Source of the DNA: Gonapodya sp. JEL0774
Taxonomy: Eukaryota
Direction of reading: 5' to 3'
DNA: 64,000 nucleotides
Assembly (NCBI GenBank): GCA_027604505.1
Contig: JADIIX010000002.1
Location: 1-64,000 of the forward strand
Position numbers and translations under genes: made by a program. Positions 50,622 through 63,579 of this stretch are shown here, one piece after another. The notes under the pieces are model-generated. The model saw only the letters and a list, made by a program, of their open reading frames with translations, had not been told where the DNA came from and did no database searches. Each line of letters begins with the position of its first letter. Position 1 is the stretch's first letter.

Positions 50622-52988
50622 ATGCGCTGGAAATCAAGTTTCACCATCGTTCTCAATGGGCTATTTGTTACGCTCGCGACAAAAGTCATCGGGGGAGAGT
50701 GTCGAAACCGATTGTGTGCTCGACAAGCAGCCACCTGCGATGCTATCGTTGTCGCGTACAATGGTGAGCAACCATTTGTGTATTGTTTGTGCAAAAATTG
50801 GATTTAAATATGTTAATCAGCCGGCAGGACTCTGTCCATACAAGACATTTCGAACTGGAGTCTCTGGGGCTGTTCCACCTGGTATCCGAGCATAGAAATT
50901 GCAGGCACGCCAGTTGCGGCTCCAATAAGGAACTGTGATTCTTTGTACAGCTCCTTCCAAGCTGGCTTTACTCTCACATCACAGGATTTCTCTGACTGGA
51001 CTGCTTGGAATTGTGTGGCTTACTATCCGTTGGGAATAGGAAATGGACCGGGAGCTCCTCGTACTTGTGATACTATACAGAGCTCGTACAAGGCTGGTGA
51101 AAAGATGACGGCACAAAATTGGCAGGATTGGTCCGTTTGGGACTGTCGGATGTGGTACCCAGCTGTATGTTGATTCGTAAACAACTACTTCATGCCCTGA
51201 CAATGAAAATTGCACCAGGGGATTGGATCTATTCAGGGCATTGCTTTAGGAGGCTGGATCTCGCCAGAGGTGGGTGTTCCTAGCCCCCCCGAAACGCTTC
51301 CCTACTTACACAAGCTCCACAACACTCTCCCACCTATTTCACGAAGCCTTTCATAACTCCTAGCCTGTTTCTAGGTGATGGATTGTATTATCCTGATCTC
51401 TGGACGATGTGCAGTACAATGGGAAGACCGGCATGCGAGAACCGCTTACGGACGCATTTTGCGGCATTTATAACCGAACAAGATATCTCTGATATAAAGG
51501 ACGCTGGTTTCAATTTTGTCCGGTCAGTGTACTCTCCTTCCGTTGGTCAGGCAAAGCAGTATATTGGTTTCTGAACTGAGAACTTGTCATTTTAGCATTC
51601 CATTCAACTACTGGGACGTCACGCCAGATTTGAGCGAGCCATATCCCGCAGGAATTGGCTGGGCTTTTGTGGATCAAGCCATCCGGTGGTGTGCCAAGTT
51701 TGGTTTACAAGTTGGTATTGGGCGTGAGTTCTATTTCTTTTCGATATTAACGCAGATATGTCCTTTGATCACATTCCCCGGTTTTGCACGCTCTCTTCTT
51801 TAGTACATGCGTTACCAGGTGGTCAAAACCCTTGGAATCACGCGTAAGCTCGTAGTGTTCTCGTTCTCGTAAATGTTCAGACTGCTCTCGTTCTCATATC
51901 CTCAAAATACGGGGTGCATGCTTTTTTATCACCCAGCGGCAGGACCGATTTCTTTGGTTGGAATACAGACTTCAGTGCCTACTCTCAGCGGTCAACTGCG
52001 GCACTCGTCGAAGTGGTGAACAGAATCAAGGGGCCGAATTACGCACACGTCAGACTCTTTGAGCTTGCTAATGAACCATACATGGCGATGATGAGCGCCG
52101 ATACAACGGAAAGGGTTTGTTCAAATAGGATACGCTTGGTGGGAGGAGCTCTCGTTTATCGACTCTTGCACTTGACAACAGATCCGAGGGTGGTACCGCT
52201 CCGTCGTGGTCACACTTCGGTCTATGATGGCCAACACGGCGCTGTACCCCACGGGTGGGCCTGAGTTGATGATCTCCGAGAGTTTTCTGGGTGCCAATGT
52301 ATTTTACGGTCAGAGTCTGCGGGACCAGGGCCTCGGAACGGCGTACGTCGATTTCCATTACTACTCAATATTCGAAGCGGGGCAGATCGCTCAAAGTCCG
52401 GCGGTGAGTCAGAACGCAAGGCAGATGTGGCATAATGAAAGTGCCCGAGTTTCCCTTCGCAGGGCCATATCTCTGGTATTCCCTACTCTCTGACACCGAA
52501 TCTGCAATCCTTTTCCACGATCGGACCAGCATTCCTGGGAGAATTTAGTGCGGCCATGACGGACTGCGCACAATTCATGAATGGTCCGTATGATCGGATA
52601 GCAACAGCAACGGCGTGTGAGTGAACCCACAATTTTCATCATTCTGTAGGCGTCTATGGACTCCACCGCTACGATGGAAGCTTCCCTGGATTCCCCAACC
52701 TCTGTGGTGGATGCACGTGTGCCGATGCGATTAACGTAACTAGGTGGACAGATGCGCAAAAGAGCGACTTGAGAGCGTACGTAAACGCGCAGATAAGCGC
52801 GGCGAAAGGAAACGCCGTGGTGAGTCAAAACAGCAAGATTTAATATGCCGTAATGTGCTTCTCAATTGTGGTTCCTTCTTGATCAGGGCTACGTTTTTTG
52901 GACCTGGAAAACGGAAACGAAGCTCGTCGAATGGGACTGGCAGTATTTACTCTCGCTGAAAATGGTATCGGTTCCTCCCGGGAACTAG
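50622..52988 (+). CDS. GH5 (exo-beta-1,3-glucanase-like) glycoside hydrolase with 3 N-terminal Cys/Trp repeats, tandem copy B
   Basis: Signal peptide MRWKSSFTIVLNGLFVTLA. Same exon structure and motifs as copy A (ELANEP, FHYY, GEFSAAMTDCA, FWTWKTE). Confidence 0.9.
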
Positions 52989-54855
52989 CGTATTTTTGAA
53001 TTATAAAATATTTGATATTCGTGTACTACTGTATTGTAAATGTACTTCTCACATTCTCGCTGAGAAGAGTAACGAGATTTGTAAATTACTTGGCAAGTGC
53101 GAGCAAATGGGTGGATGAAACGTGTAATGATGGGTGGTCGGATGACAGGAGACAATTTTCGCCTGGAGCGGGTGCGAGCAGCTGTCTTACAGTTTCAGGA
53201 GGGACGAGGAAAGCACACGCGGATCTGTGTTGGTGATGTAGTTGTGGTGGGTTGTGTTTCCCGCTGTCAACAGGTTGTCACAATGCCGGACTTCTTCGGA
53301 TCATGAACACGCGAACGCACGGACACACGCGCAAAATAGGGATACCGTGTTTGCGTACTGGAAGATTTGTCATCACTTGAGGCGGGAGTTGGGTTGCAGT
53401 TATTACTCAACCACCCAAAATTTCGGATAACTGAGGACGTAGACGACCGCACGCAATAATAGCCTGAGAAAAAGTATATTGAGCAGTACTACGACTTACA
53501 AGGTTGTACGGGTGCCCTATGACGAATCGCAAAAAGTAGTTAGCCGAGAGGTTCCGACTAGTTCAAGTACGCGTCCGCGAGACCAATCCATCTCATCAGT
53601 AAACCGAGTGTGACTCCACGGTGCAGTCAGAAGTCTAACATATAAAAATATCGGAAAAGCATCCTCGACTCTGGAGCAAAACGTTTCCCCGTTGGTCGAC
53701 AAAGTCAACTCACAGTAGGTAAGAGTCATTTCAAACCGAGATGGTTGCGAGAGTTGAACCGGTCGGGTGGTGGGTGGACAGGGACCAAACCAACTTATCA
53801 GAAAAACGAATGAAACACGTGGTTGATGTCCTTCCCTTGGGTAATGCAGAGTTCCGCGTGGAGGCACCTAGCGGCCCCGCGACCGAAATAGGGATGGTCC
53901 GATGGATCGGTTCTGGGCCACACATTGACTCTCGGGGACGTGGAGAAGCAATTGATCCCCGAGAGCTTCGATAGGGCCGTTTCAAGAACTGCAGTCACTG
54001 AATGGTTCACAAACGCGGCGAAGCTATTCAACTTCACGGTGATTGCCAACCGAGCACTGACTTTCGACGTGAAGTGTGTTGCGGGAACCAGGAGAGAAAG
54101 AGCCGAGCAGCCTGCCCATTGCATGACGGGCAAATGCTTCCAGCCTCATTTGACTGAACGCAAGGGCGGAGACTTGGTCGGGGCAGTGCATCCAAGCTAG
54201 TTCGCCGGCTTTCAATGCCCTGATGTCGACACATGAGTTCTGGGATACAGGGACGTAGCGGCACAACAGAACCTCTTCTTCCACGACAAAGCAGAAAGCA
54301 GGCTGGTGTTCAAGTGCCAATCGAAAAGTTGGATCCCAACGGGCTCGGGATTTCCGGATCTCGTTTATCTGGATAAGTTAGTTTGGATCTGTTGAAGAGA
54401 AAATTTCTCGGCTTTTGTGTGGCGTGCCTGCTTTGGTCGTGCCCGTACACATGGTGAACTGCCTGTTGTAAATCACTCACACTTTGCCGGCTCTGCTTCT
54501 GAGCAAAAAAGGACCCAAAGTTCGATATCTGATGTTAATACTAGGAATGTGAACGTAAGTTATGTCATACAATGTCATGGTCAAGCACAACTCTATCTCC
54601 TTTTGTTTCTATGATCTGTCTCTTGCTGATTGTCGCAAGATTGTGTTCAATAATGTACCCAAGAAATGACCGCCAGAATACATATGTAAGATGAAGCTTG
54701 GTTTCTGTTGTTTGTGTTCTACAGGGAGCATCGTAAATATGCTGTGTCCATGAGCGCGGAGAGTATTGGCAACCGTGCGAAGATCGACTGATTTCCGCGC
54801 TTGATGTCTTGATCCGAGTCAAATTTTATTCATCACACGAAAGGCAACTGTTACG

Positions 54856-56238
54856 ATGTCGGGTACTCCCATTCATGTCATGGGTGTTGGGTCGATTGGA
54901 AGGTGATCAGAATTGACTCTCACACCTATCGGCGTCAATTCGATGTGATCTACCTCTCCACCTACAGCTTGTTCGCCTTCTACTTAGCACGAAGCTCTCT
55001 CCCAGTCCGCTTGATACTTCGCTCCAGCAACTCAATGGACAAGTTTCAACTTCTTGAAAACACATTGACCCTCTCTCTCCCCGATTCCTCGCCAAACGAC
55101 TCCTCCCGCCGCGTCATTATCCCCTCAGAAACACCAACATCTTCAAGAGAGCCTATTTCTCGCCTATTGCTTGCCACCAAAGCGTCAGATACGGCTGTCG
55201 CTCTCTTGTCTGTGAGACACAGACTGGCACCGGGAGCTGCTGTTGTTTTGCTGCAAAATGGGGCCCTGGCCGTGAAAGAAGAATGCGAAGAGGCTCTCAG
55301 GCGAGACACAGCGGCCGTCGCACGTGAAGGAGGTCAGGGACAATCGCACAGGCCCGTTCTTGCCGCCGGGATTATCCACCACGGAGTATACCGGAAATCT
55401 GACTTCCACTTCGTCCACGCTGGAGGAGTTGCTGAAAACTGGATCGGGGAGATTGCCGATGGAGGTTTGTGTTGGCCAATTCGACGGACTCCATCAACAT
55501 TCAAGTCGCAACAAACAAAAGTCCGCCAAACACCATTCTACTTCCATCCTAGGCTCATCTAACACCAGCTCTTCCGCGCCTCAACCAGCCATATCTGATC
55601 TGCTCGCCGACCTTCAGCGAGCACCAGAGCTCAAGGTCCGCACCGAGTCTCCCGAGAAACTGCGGGCAAGGGCATTAGCTAAGGTGAAGCTGCATCACTT
55701 TTTTTGGCGATACCTCAGCACCTGCTTTGATGACAGGCACTCATGCCATTTCCTCAAACCATGCACTTTTCAAGTAGCTCGCTGCCAATGCTTCTCTCAA
55801 CACCCTCACAGCCCTCCTCCGTGTCCGCAACGGTGTTCTCCTCACCTCACCCGCATGTCGTCGACTCGTCACCGCCGTTTCCAAAGAGGTCGCAGCTGCT
55901 TTCGACGAGGACGCGGAGAGACTCGAGCAAGCGACACTGAATGTCATGCAAGCGACCGCCGGCAACTGGAGTAGCATGGCAAGCGATATTAGGGACGGGA
56001 GGGGCACCGAGATTGAGGTGGGTTTCCTTCATTCATCTCAACGGGGGGCTGGCGGTTGTCCGAGACCTGACCGATCAGTGTCGGCCTCGTTTGGTGTGGT
56101 TGTTTACAGTACCTCAACGCCCACGTTGTTCGAGTGGCCAAGGGGAGGGGTCTCTCGGCCCCTGTATGTGAAACATTGGTTGAAATGATAAAGGCATCCG
56201 GTGAAGTGAAAACTGTGGGTGCGGGCGAGTGGAGTTGA
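54856..56238 (+). CDS. PAN5: 2-dehydropantoate 2-reductase (ApbA/PanE family)
   Basis: IHVMGVGSIG|SLFA (Rossmann fold); LLATKA; LLQNG; K|LAANASLNTLTALL; NWSSMASDIRDGRGTEIE|YLN. Confidence 0.88.
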
Positions 56239-56407
56239 GCTAAAATATCCCAAATATATTTTGGAAAAGTCTCTTGCAACATTGTAATGGACGAGGACTC
56301 TTTGTTTTGATTGCGTCTGTTCAGTGGCCTGGCCAACGTTTTTGTGAAGGAGCTCTTCGGTCACAAGCTCCTCTATCCCAAAAGAGAAAAGTGTCCAGCT
56401 CCCCGAA

Positions 56408-57554
56408 ATGCGACCTCTGACCGACGATGAAACGAAAGCCTTTTTCGAGAAGCTCTCCAAATAGTGTGTCGTCATGGCGCTCTTTTATTTCATCGCGACC
56501 GGCTCTGTGTAACTGATTTGCATGGGGGTGCACCGGTCTCTTTCATTTCATGTTCGGGCGAACATCTAGCATCGGGAAGAACATTGCACAGTTGATAGAT
56601 AGGCCGGACGAGCAATACTGCTTTCGTTTGCAGAAGGACCGGGTTTACTATGTCAGGTGTGTGGAAGGACGGCGGACGGCAGAGTCAGTTCAACGATATA
56701 ATACATCCCATCACATTCCCTCGACACCAAACATGGAATCGCTTCTGCACTATATCTCGAAACTTCATCGTCTCTTGTCAACTCGGGTTATCTGTGCTCT
56801 GTCGCCCAAATTACCGAAACTTCCTCGCTTCATTGTTCACGTCTCTGTCATTCCCACACAAGCGAATCCATCATGCGCCTCGCAGTCTCCATTTCTCGGG
56901 AAAATCTTGTCTCTCTCGGTACCTGCTTCGGAAAATTCACTAAATCTGGCCAGTTCCGTCTCCAAGTAACCGCTCTTGACGTTATCGCGCCGTACGCTAG
57001 GTACAAAGTGTGGGTGAAACCAGGAGGTGAAATGCCTTTCGTGTACGGGAACAATGTGCTCAAAGCGCACCTGGGGAGGGTCACGGAGGATGTGCCGCCG
57101 CATTCTGGAGTAGTGGTGTATTCGATGTCGGACGTGCCGTTGGTGAGTATCTTTTTCCGCAACAACACTGAGACGACCAGTTCGGAGGATTCCAATGCGA
57201 CATGGTGATACTACGTGACTGAAACGGCGGCGAATATCAATGTCGACTGCGCGGAGGGAGATCAGAACGGTGTCCAGGACCTGCCACTCAAAATTCGATT
57301 TTGAGAACGAATTTCCTGAGGGAAAATCTAATTTTTTGAGTCACTCGCTCTCATTGGCACGTTCCTGTACGCTCACTACCTTCCCCCTTCCCTTGTTCAA
57401 AACGCAATGTCGACTCGACCTGGTCCAGGGCTTTGGTCTCGCCTCTCGTACCACCGCAGCTATGCGAGCACTAGATCCGACTGGGATATGTGTTTTGCAT
57501 CAAGCAGATGTAGGAGAGTACTTGAGGGAGGAGGATGGCGGTGGGATCGGTTAA
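56408..57554 (+). CDS. NIP7: 60S ribosome biogenesis protein Nip7
   Basis: [59 protein letters not shown]..|[15 protein letters not shown]. Confidence 0.96.
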
Positions 57555-57907
57555 TGCTAGCGGATCCAAATTGGACCGCGTGGATTGTGGATCGGGGGGT
57601 TTGGGACTCTTTGATACCTCTATTATTTGTCGCACGACTCAGTCTATTCACTTGATAGTTACAGTATGCACGCTTGGCTTGCACACGCTTTTTGATCATT
57701 CGATCACACGGTTCTTAGTCTAAGCAGAACGAAAATAATACTTACACCATGCAATGAACAGAGGTGCAATTCGCTCAGTGTGGGTTAAAGGTTATCAAAC
57801 GAGTGATGAACAGTTGAGGCGGTGGGATCCATCGGCATAAGTTGATCCGCGAGTTATATTATAACGGATCTTTCACGAAAACTCGACACACTTCCGCCCT
57901 TTCCGCA

Positions 57908-60523
57908 ATGGCTACGGTAAGGAAGGTATTTCTAATCAGATCTGAGATTGTTTGATAAAATCGTCGCCATCGCAGCCTCAGCGCGGTCATCCGCAAATGT
58001 GGGGACAGATTTATCCCAACAGACCAGCTGTGATTATGGCAGCGACGGGGGAGGTCGAAACTTGTGAGATATCTCGGCACATAACTGCTCCCCGCAAAGC
58101 TAATCATCACGGATGGGAGTTCAGATTCGACCTTGGACAAGCGAAGCAATCAGGTCGCTCACTTGTTCCGAAGCATTGGAATACAAATCGAAGATTCGAT
58201 TGTGGTATTTTTGGACAACAACAAGCGATATCATGATATATGCTGGTGAGATACCGTCCCAGCACCAGTACACCGCTGCTACCAACTCGAAAGCGTCTAC
58301 ATAAAGGGGTGCGCAACGATCCGGTTTGCGATTCAGCTGTATTTCCAACAAGTTGGTAGCTGGAGAAGTCGAATGTTGGTAGTTGAGCTCTCGCGCTTCG
58401 CTCCTGTCCGGGTATTGAAGCTCGGGATCTTTCAGACATGATTGGTGACAGCAAAGCGAAGGCTTTCATCACCTGCAAGGCTCTTCTCCCGGTTGCACGA
58501 GAAGTTGCTGCGCTTTGCGCAGGCAAAAGTATCAAGTGGTACCTGGTGGACGGTCAGGAAGGCCCGTTTGAAGATTTTGAAAAGGCAATCGGAGGCAAAC
58601 CTACGACACCCATTAAGGATCAATCTGCTGGATCACCAATGCTGTACACCTCTGGCAGTACAGGTGCGTCCTCGTGCCCTTTAGTTTTTGTCGAGAGACC
58701 TCTCCCGAATCTGGGATTCTGCCAGGTCGCCCCAAGGGTGTAAGGCGATTTCCGATGCCCGCTCCGCCAGGTATCAATCCCTTGGATATCGATTTGTGCC
58801 CTCCACTTGTAACTCTCGCCCAAATGTTTTTTGGATGGCCCACTCCCGTGTAAGTTTTGGTTTCGTGCGTGAAGACATCTCATCCTGTACCAGGCCCATG
58901 GATATCCGCTCCCCATCATAAGTGGTTCGCAGATGGTCTACCTTAGCCCTGCTCCTTTGTATCACGCTGCACCTCTAGGCTGGACGAGTAAGATGGCGTG
59001 GAACGTTGTTTAAAGTAAAATGCCAAGGTGTTCTTATTGTTTTCTCGTATTCCCCTCGGTCAGTGGCCGTCCACAACCTTGGTGGAACCGTTGTGATCAT
59101 GGAGAGCTTTGACGCAGAGGTGATGTCCTGTTGCACAAGAACATGGGAGTCCGACTCACATCTTGCTCTGCTGTACAGCGTACACTCCAACTCATCGAGA
59201 AGTACCAGTGCGACACCGCGCAGTTCGTCCCAACGCATTTCTCCAGGATTTTGAAACTGCCCTTCACGGTGAGACAAAAGTATAATGTGTCATCGCTCAA
59301 AGGCATCTTCCACGCGGCAGCGCCCTGCCCCATTCCGGTGAAAGAGGAAATGATCAATTGGTGAGGATCCGAGTGGCATGGTGGGAATGTGCATTCTCGG
59401 GTAATCCGTTTCAATTTGAATCAGGTGGGGCCCGATAATACACGAATATTACGGTGGTACAGAACTCAATGGTTTTTGCCTGCTGACGGCCAAAGAGTGG
59501 TTGGCGCACAAAGGTTCTGTGGGGCGTGCAGTTATAGGCGAATTGAAGATTTGCGATGAGAATGGAGACGCGCTCCCGGTGGGATCCGAAGGTCAAGTCT
59601 TCTTCGCAAATGGACCTCAGTTCGAATGTGAGTACAGCCTGCCCAATATGGGTGCCATCCATCCCACTGCAAGTGAACCGGTGTGTCTCGCACAGACTTC
59701 AACGATCCCCAAAAAACTGCCGAGGCAAAGAACAAACACGGTTGGACGACGCTTGGCGATGTGGGTCAGCTCGACAAGGATGGATATCTGTGAGTCCGGT
59801 TGTGTCGCTTCCTGTTGAGGTCATCGAGTGTGTTAACGACCCCGTTAAACGCTATCTGGTTGGTGCCCATATTAGCTATCTTACTGACAGAAAATCTTTC
59901 ATGATTATTTCGGGAGGCGTGAACATTTATCCGTGAGAGATTCGTTCTCGGTAACCTTCCTTTCAAGCCGGTATGAACGGGCCTTTCCCCCAGGCAAGAG
60001 GTAGAAAATGCTCTTGTCTTGCACCCAGCGATCACCGACGCGGCAGTCATTGGTGGACCGAATGGTGAGAAATTGTTGACTTTAACTCAAGTGTGATTTT
60101 GCAATTTTCAACTGTCAATTATCCCACACGTAGAGGATATGGGTGAAGAGGTCATTGCAGTTGTGCAACCTCAACGTTGGGAAGATGCCTCACAGAAATT
60201 CGCGGACGAGTTGAAGGAGTATCTGCGATCTCGTGTGAGCCACGTTAAAGGTGTGTCTCGTGTCTAAGCACTGCAAATGTCTCCGGGGCCATTCGAGTTC
60301 TTACTTGGCTTGTGGATTAGTCCCACGCAAGATTGAGTTCATGAAGCAACTCCCCCGTCACGACACGGGCAAGTGAGTGATTGTGTTTAGCGAGAGCTGT
60401 GAGGACTGTTCCACTCAATTTTCTTCTGTCGGTAGACTTTACAAACGTATAATCAAGGATGCATATTGGGGAAAAGCTGGCCCAGAATTCCGGGGCGTTG
60501 TACCGAAAGCGTCTAAATTGTAA
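57908..60523 (+). CDS. Acyl-CoA synthetase (bacterial long-chain FadD-like type) with peroxisomal PTS1
   Basis: HPQ..PAVIMAATGE; MLYTSGSTG|RPKG; YLSPAPLYHAAP; IHEYYGGTE; GWTTLGDVG; LTDRKSFMIISGGVNIYP; C-terminus ..PKASKL*. More than a dozen introns. Confidence 0.92.
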
Positions 60524-60607
60524 TGCGACCAAATTTATTCTACTAGGGTGTTCATGCGGTGATGACAGTGGTTTGTGAAGAAAACCCTCAAGGCATTGGA
60601 GCAGTCG

Positions 60608-63253
60608 ATGCGCGTCAAGGCATCGATAGTAGCCGAACACCGCCCATCTCCACCAGTAGTGCCCTCAGGTTCACGTACCGGGATCGCGCCGGGATCGCCG
60701 TCGAAGCTCGAACGGATGCGGGACAACTTTCGAAACCAACTCGAATCGCAGGTGCGCGCAGCAGCACTTGTAACACCACCGCCATCTGCACCCCATCTCT
60801 ACATGAACGCCTATGTTCCGTCTCCGTTCTATTCACCGGCGAACTACATGGGGCCGGTGGATCCGGCCTCCTCGCAAAAGTATGTGAACGTTGCACGATC
60901 GGCTCCTTCTGGAGTTGCTCTCCAAAGACTGCCACCGGTGATCCCCGGGTCTGATGGTGGACAGGTCCCGCCATTCGGATCCCCGTACTACGCACTCTCT
61001 GCAACCGCACCGACATTTGGTTGGAGTCCGAGAACAGCTCCCGCGCAGCTACCCAATTCCTTTTTGCCGCCAATTGCCCGAACCTCAGTTGGCGGCACGA
61101 CATCCACTCCTTTACCTCCGCCTCGGTCTCGTACTCCTTCGGCCATTATGTCGTCGGAAGGCCGTCTTCGGCGATTCTTCCGTGAAGTGCGAGGCACCGA
61201 CGCAACTGTAGCTGGACCTTCCTTGGCTCAGAGATATAAAAAGTATGCCAGTGAAGGAAAGAGGGCTGACATGGCCACGGATGAAGTGGATTCAACGAGA
61301 GTTTGGGATAAGGCGGAAGCAAGACGAACGGGGGTGTCGGACAACGACCGGGACCGAAAACTACGGAATCCGCAGACTGACAGGGCTGGAGTTTTGCAAC
61401 TAAGTCGTCGACTGGAGGACTCACATGTTCCTGCTCCCGCGGAACCCGAGCGCGACCAAGAGCGCCGTCGTGACAGGAATCACACCATTCGTCGATCTGC
61501 TCGTTTGTCTGGTAAAGCGAGTCGTCGAGAAAACCTCGGTCGACTGGATCGGACGACTTCAGATGGAAATTTTGGTGGAGCAGGGCGACAACCAGTTGAA
61601 GAATACCAGGTGGTAGACAAACGAGAGCATACTTTCCAAAGCAAAAACAAAAAGCATTATGAAATTGCGGAAGATGATGTCTTGAGTCAAGAGCGCAGAC
61701 GGCCTGACATCAAGCGTAGGCAATCCCAACGCGACGACAGACTCAGCTCAGCCTCGAACATATCTGGACAGACTGCATCCTTCGCAGCGTCCGGAAAAGC
61801 AGATAATGCTTCGCGTCCTCCTGTGCTCTCAAACTTGCCTAACTCAACTACACATTTCTCCGAGGAGTTGCTGAATACCATTCGACCACGAGCCAAGGAA
61901 AAAAAGGCACGAGCAACGGTTGTAGGGGGAATGGCCGCAGTAGAGGACGGAAACATAGAATCAGAGCAAGCGGAACCATCTCGAAAAAAAGTTGTGGAAC
62001 GAAAGGTAACGGAGAACAGCTCAAGCTACCCTCTGGATGAAGAAACGCCATCTGCCCCTGTGCGCCGAAAAGTGCCAAGGACAGTACTTGCGGAAGTGGA
62101 AATGGAGAGGAGCCAACGCACTGCTCCGTTCCCGATGGAACCCATGAATTCGAAAACGAAAAACACATCGCGCCCTTTAGTTCGCAATGAAAGTAGTCAT
62201 GCCGCAGAGCCGAGCGATCATATCAATGAACAGCACGGAGTTCGCGGAGTTAAGTCCTCGTCACCACCGAAAGAGCGCTCGGCTACTGATCTCACGTCGA
62301 TGGTACCACTGCCATCGAAAACCAAGGTCCCTGCTCGACTCCGACCTCGGGCCCCTGCTGGCCCAGCCCCTGCAGCGAAGGATGCAGAAGCAGACTTGGA
62401 CGAGGCTATCCACCGAGCCGAGAGAAGACGGGAACTGGATCGGGGGCGAAAGAGGGAGAAGCCCCAGGCGACGAAGGGAGGGGACTCACCGGCTTCCCTG
62501 AAACCTTCACCTCCTCACATACGACCTGCTTCACCGCCTGTACCGGCTCTGGCAAATAGTGGCCGTCCACGATCACCACCACTACCTACTCTTGCGGCCT
62601 CGTCGCCTATCCAGCCGGAATCGGAAGTAGAATCCCCTCCGTCAATGTCCCTCGCCGCATGCCCCCACTGCACTCGCACTTTTGACTCCTCCCGCCTCTC
62701 CAAGCACATATCCGTATGTAGTCGCACCAAAAACAAGTCCGGTGCCCGAAGAGTGTTCGACTCTAAGGCGGCCAGGACAGTCGAAGGGGCGGAAGAGGCA
62801 GCACGGGCGAAGGCCAAAGGAAGTGGGAAGCGCGAGCAAGAAGAATTAGAGGAGAAAATGAAGCGGAGGAAGGGCCGGTGGAGAGCCAAACATGGTGGGT
62901 GGTAGTCAAGTGGTTGTTATTGATTGATATGACCCACTCGTCATAATCATTGCACAGAGCAATTCATCGCTGCCATACGAAACGCGAGACAAACATCTCC
63001 TCAGACTGGATCCTCGGCGTCTCTCGGATCTCCCGCAGCAGCACGAGGCAAATCACCTGAACGAGGTGTCGCCGACACGTTGGGTCCTTCCACTGCCGCT
63101 GCTACAGACCGTGCAGCACCAGCACCTTTAGATAGTCTCGATGACCGCGTACCGTGTCCACATTGCGAGCGTAAGTTTGATGAAGACCGGATATCGAAGC
63201 ATGTGGAAGTGTGTGTGAAGACGAAAAGTAGGACGATGAGAAAAGGCAGATGA
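60608..63253 (+). CDS. zf-C2HC (ZC2HC1-like) double zinc-finger protein with long disordered N-terminus
   Basis: CPHCTRTFDSSRLSKHISVCSR..RRVFDSKAAR..WRAKH|EQFIAAIR..RVPCPHCERKFDEDRISKHVEVC. The start codon is uncertain. Confidence 0.8.
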
Positions 63254-63579
63254 GGGTGTTCGAGAATGTAAATAATGCAACAGTCAATGGGACAGAGTTT
63301 TCCGATTCCGGACTGTGTATTTCATTTGGACATCAGCTCCCATGCGCAGATGTATGCTATTGGTTGAGCCGTCAAAACTGCTGGAAACCACGTTCAGAAT
63401 TCAGTGTATGAGAGACTAGGGCGCGAGAAAATGTGTTTTGTATGTGATGTGCACGTTTTCATCCAAGTACATGAGCCAGAAGTACATAAACCGCATTCAT
63501 TCCAAATCCCCCCGCGTCTAATAGTGATTGAATAAGCCGCCCTGTATAATGATTCACACCTTAAATTAATCTTAACATC

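Noticed and set aside
53500..54350. Short overlapping ORFs between GH5 copy B and PAN5
   Set aside because: No family motif or splice-consistent model found.
57143..57428. Possible snoRNA in the long NIP7 intron (CTGA motifs)
   Set aside because: No canonical C box or terminal stem, and no recognisable guide.
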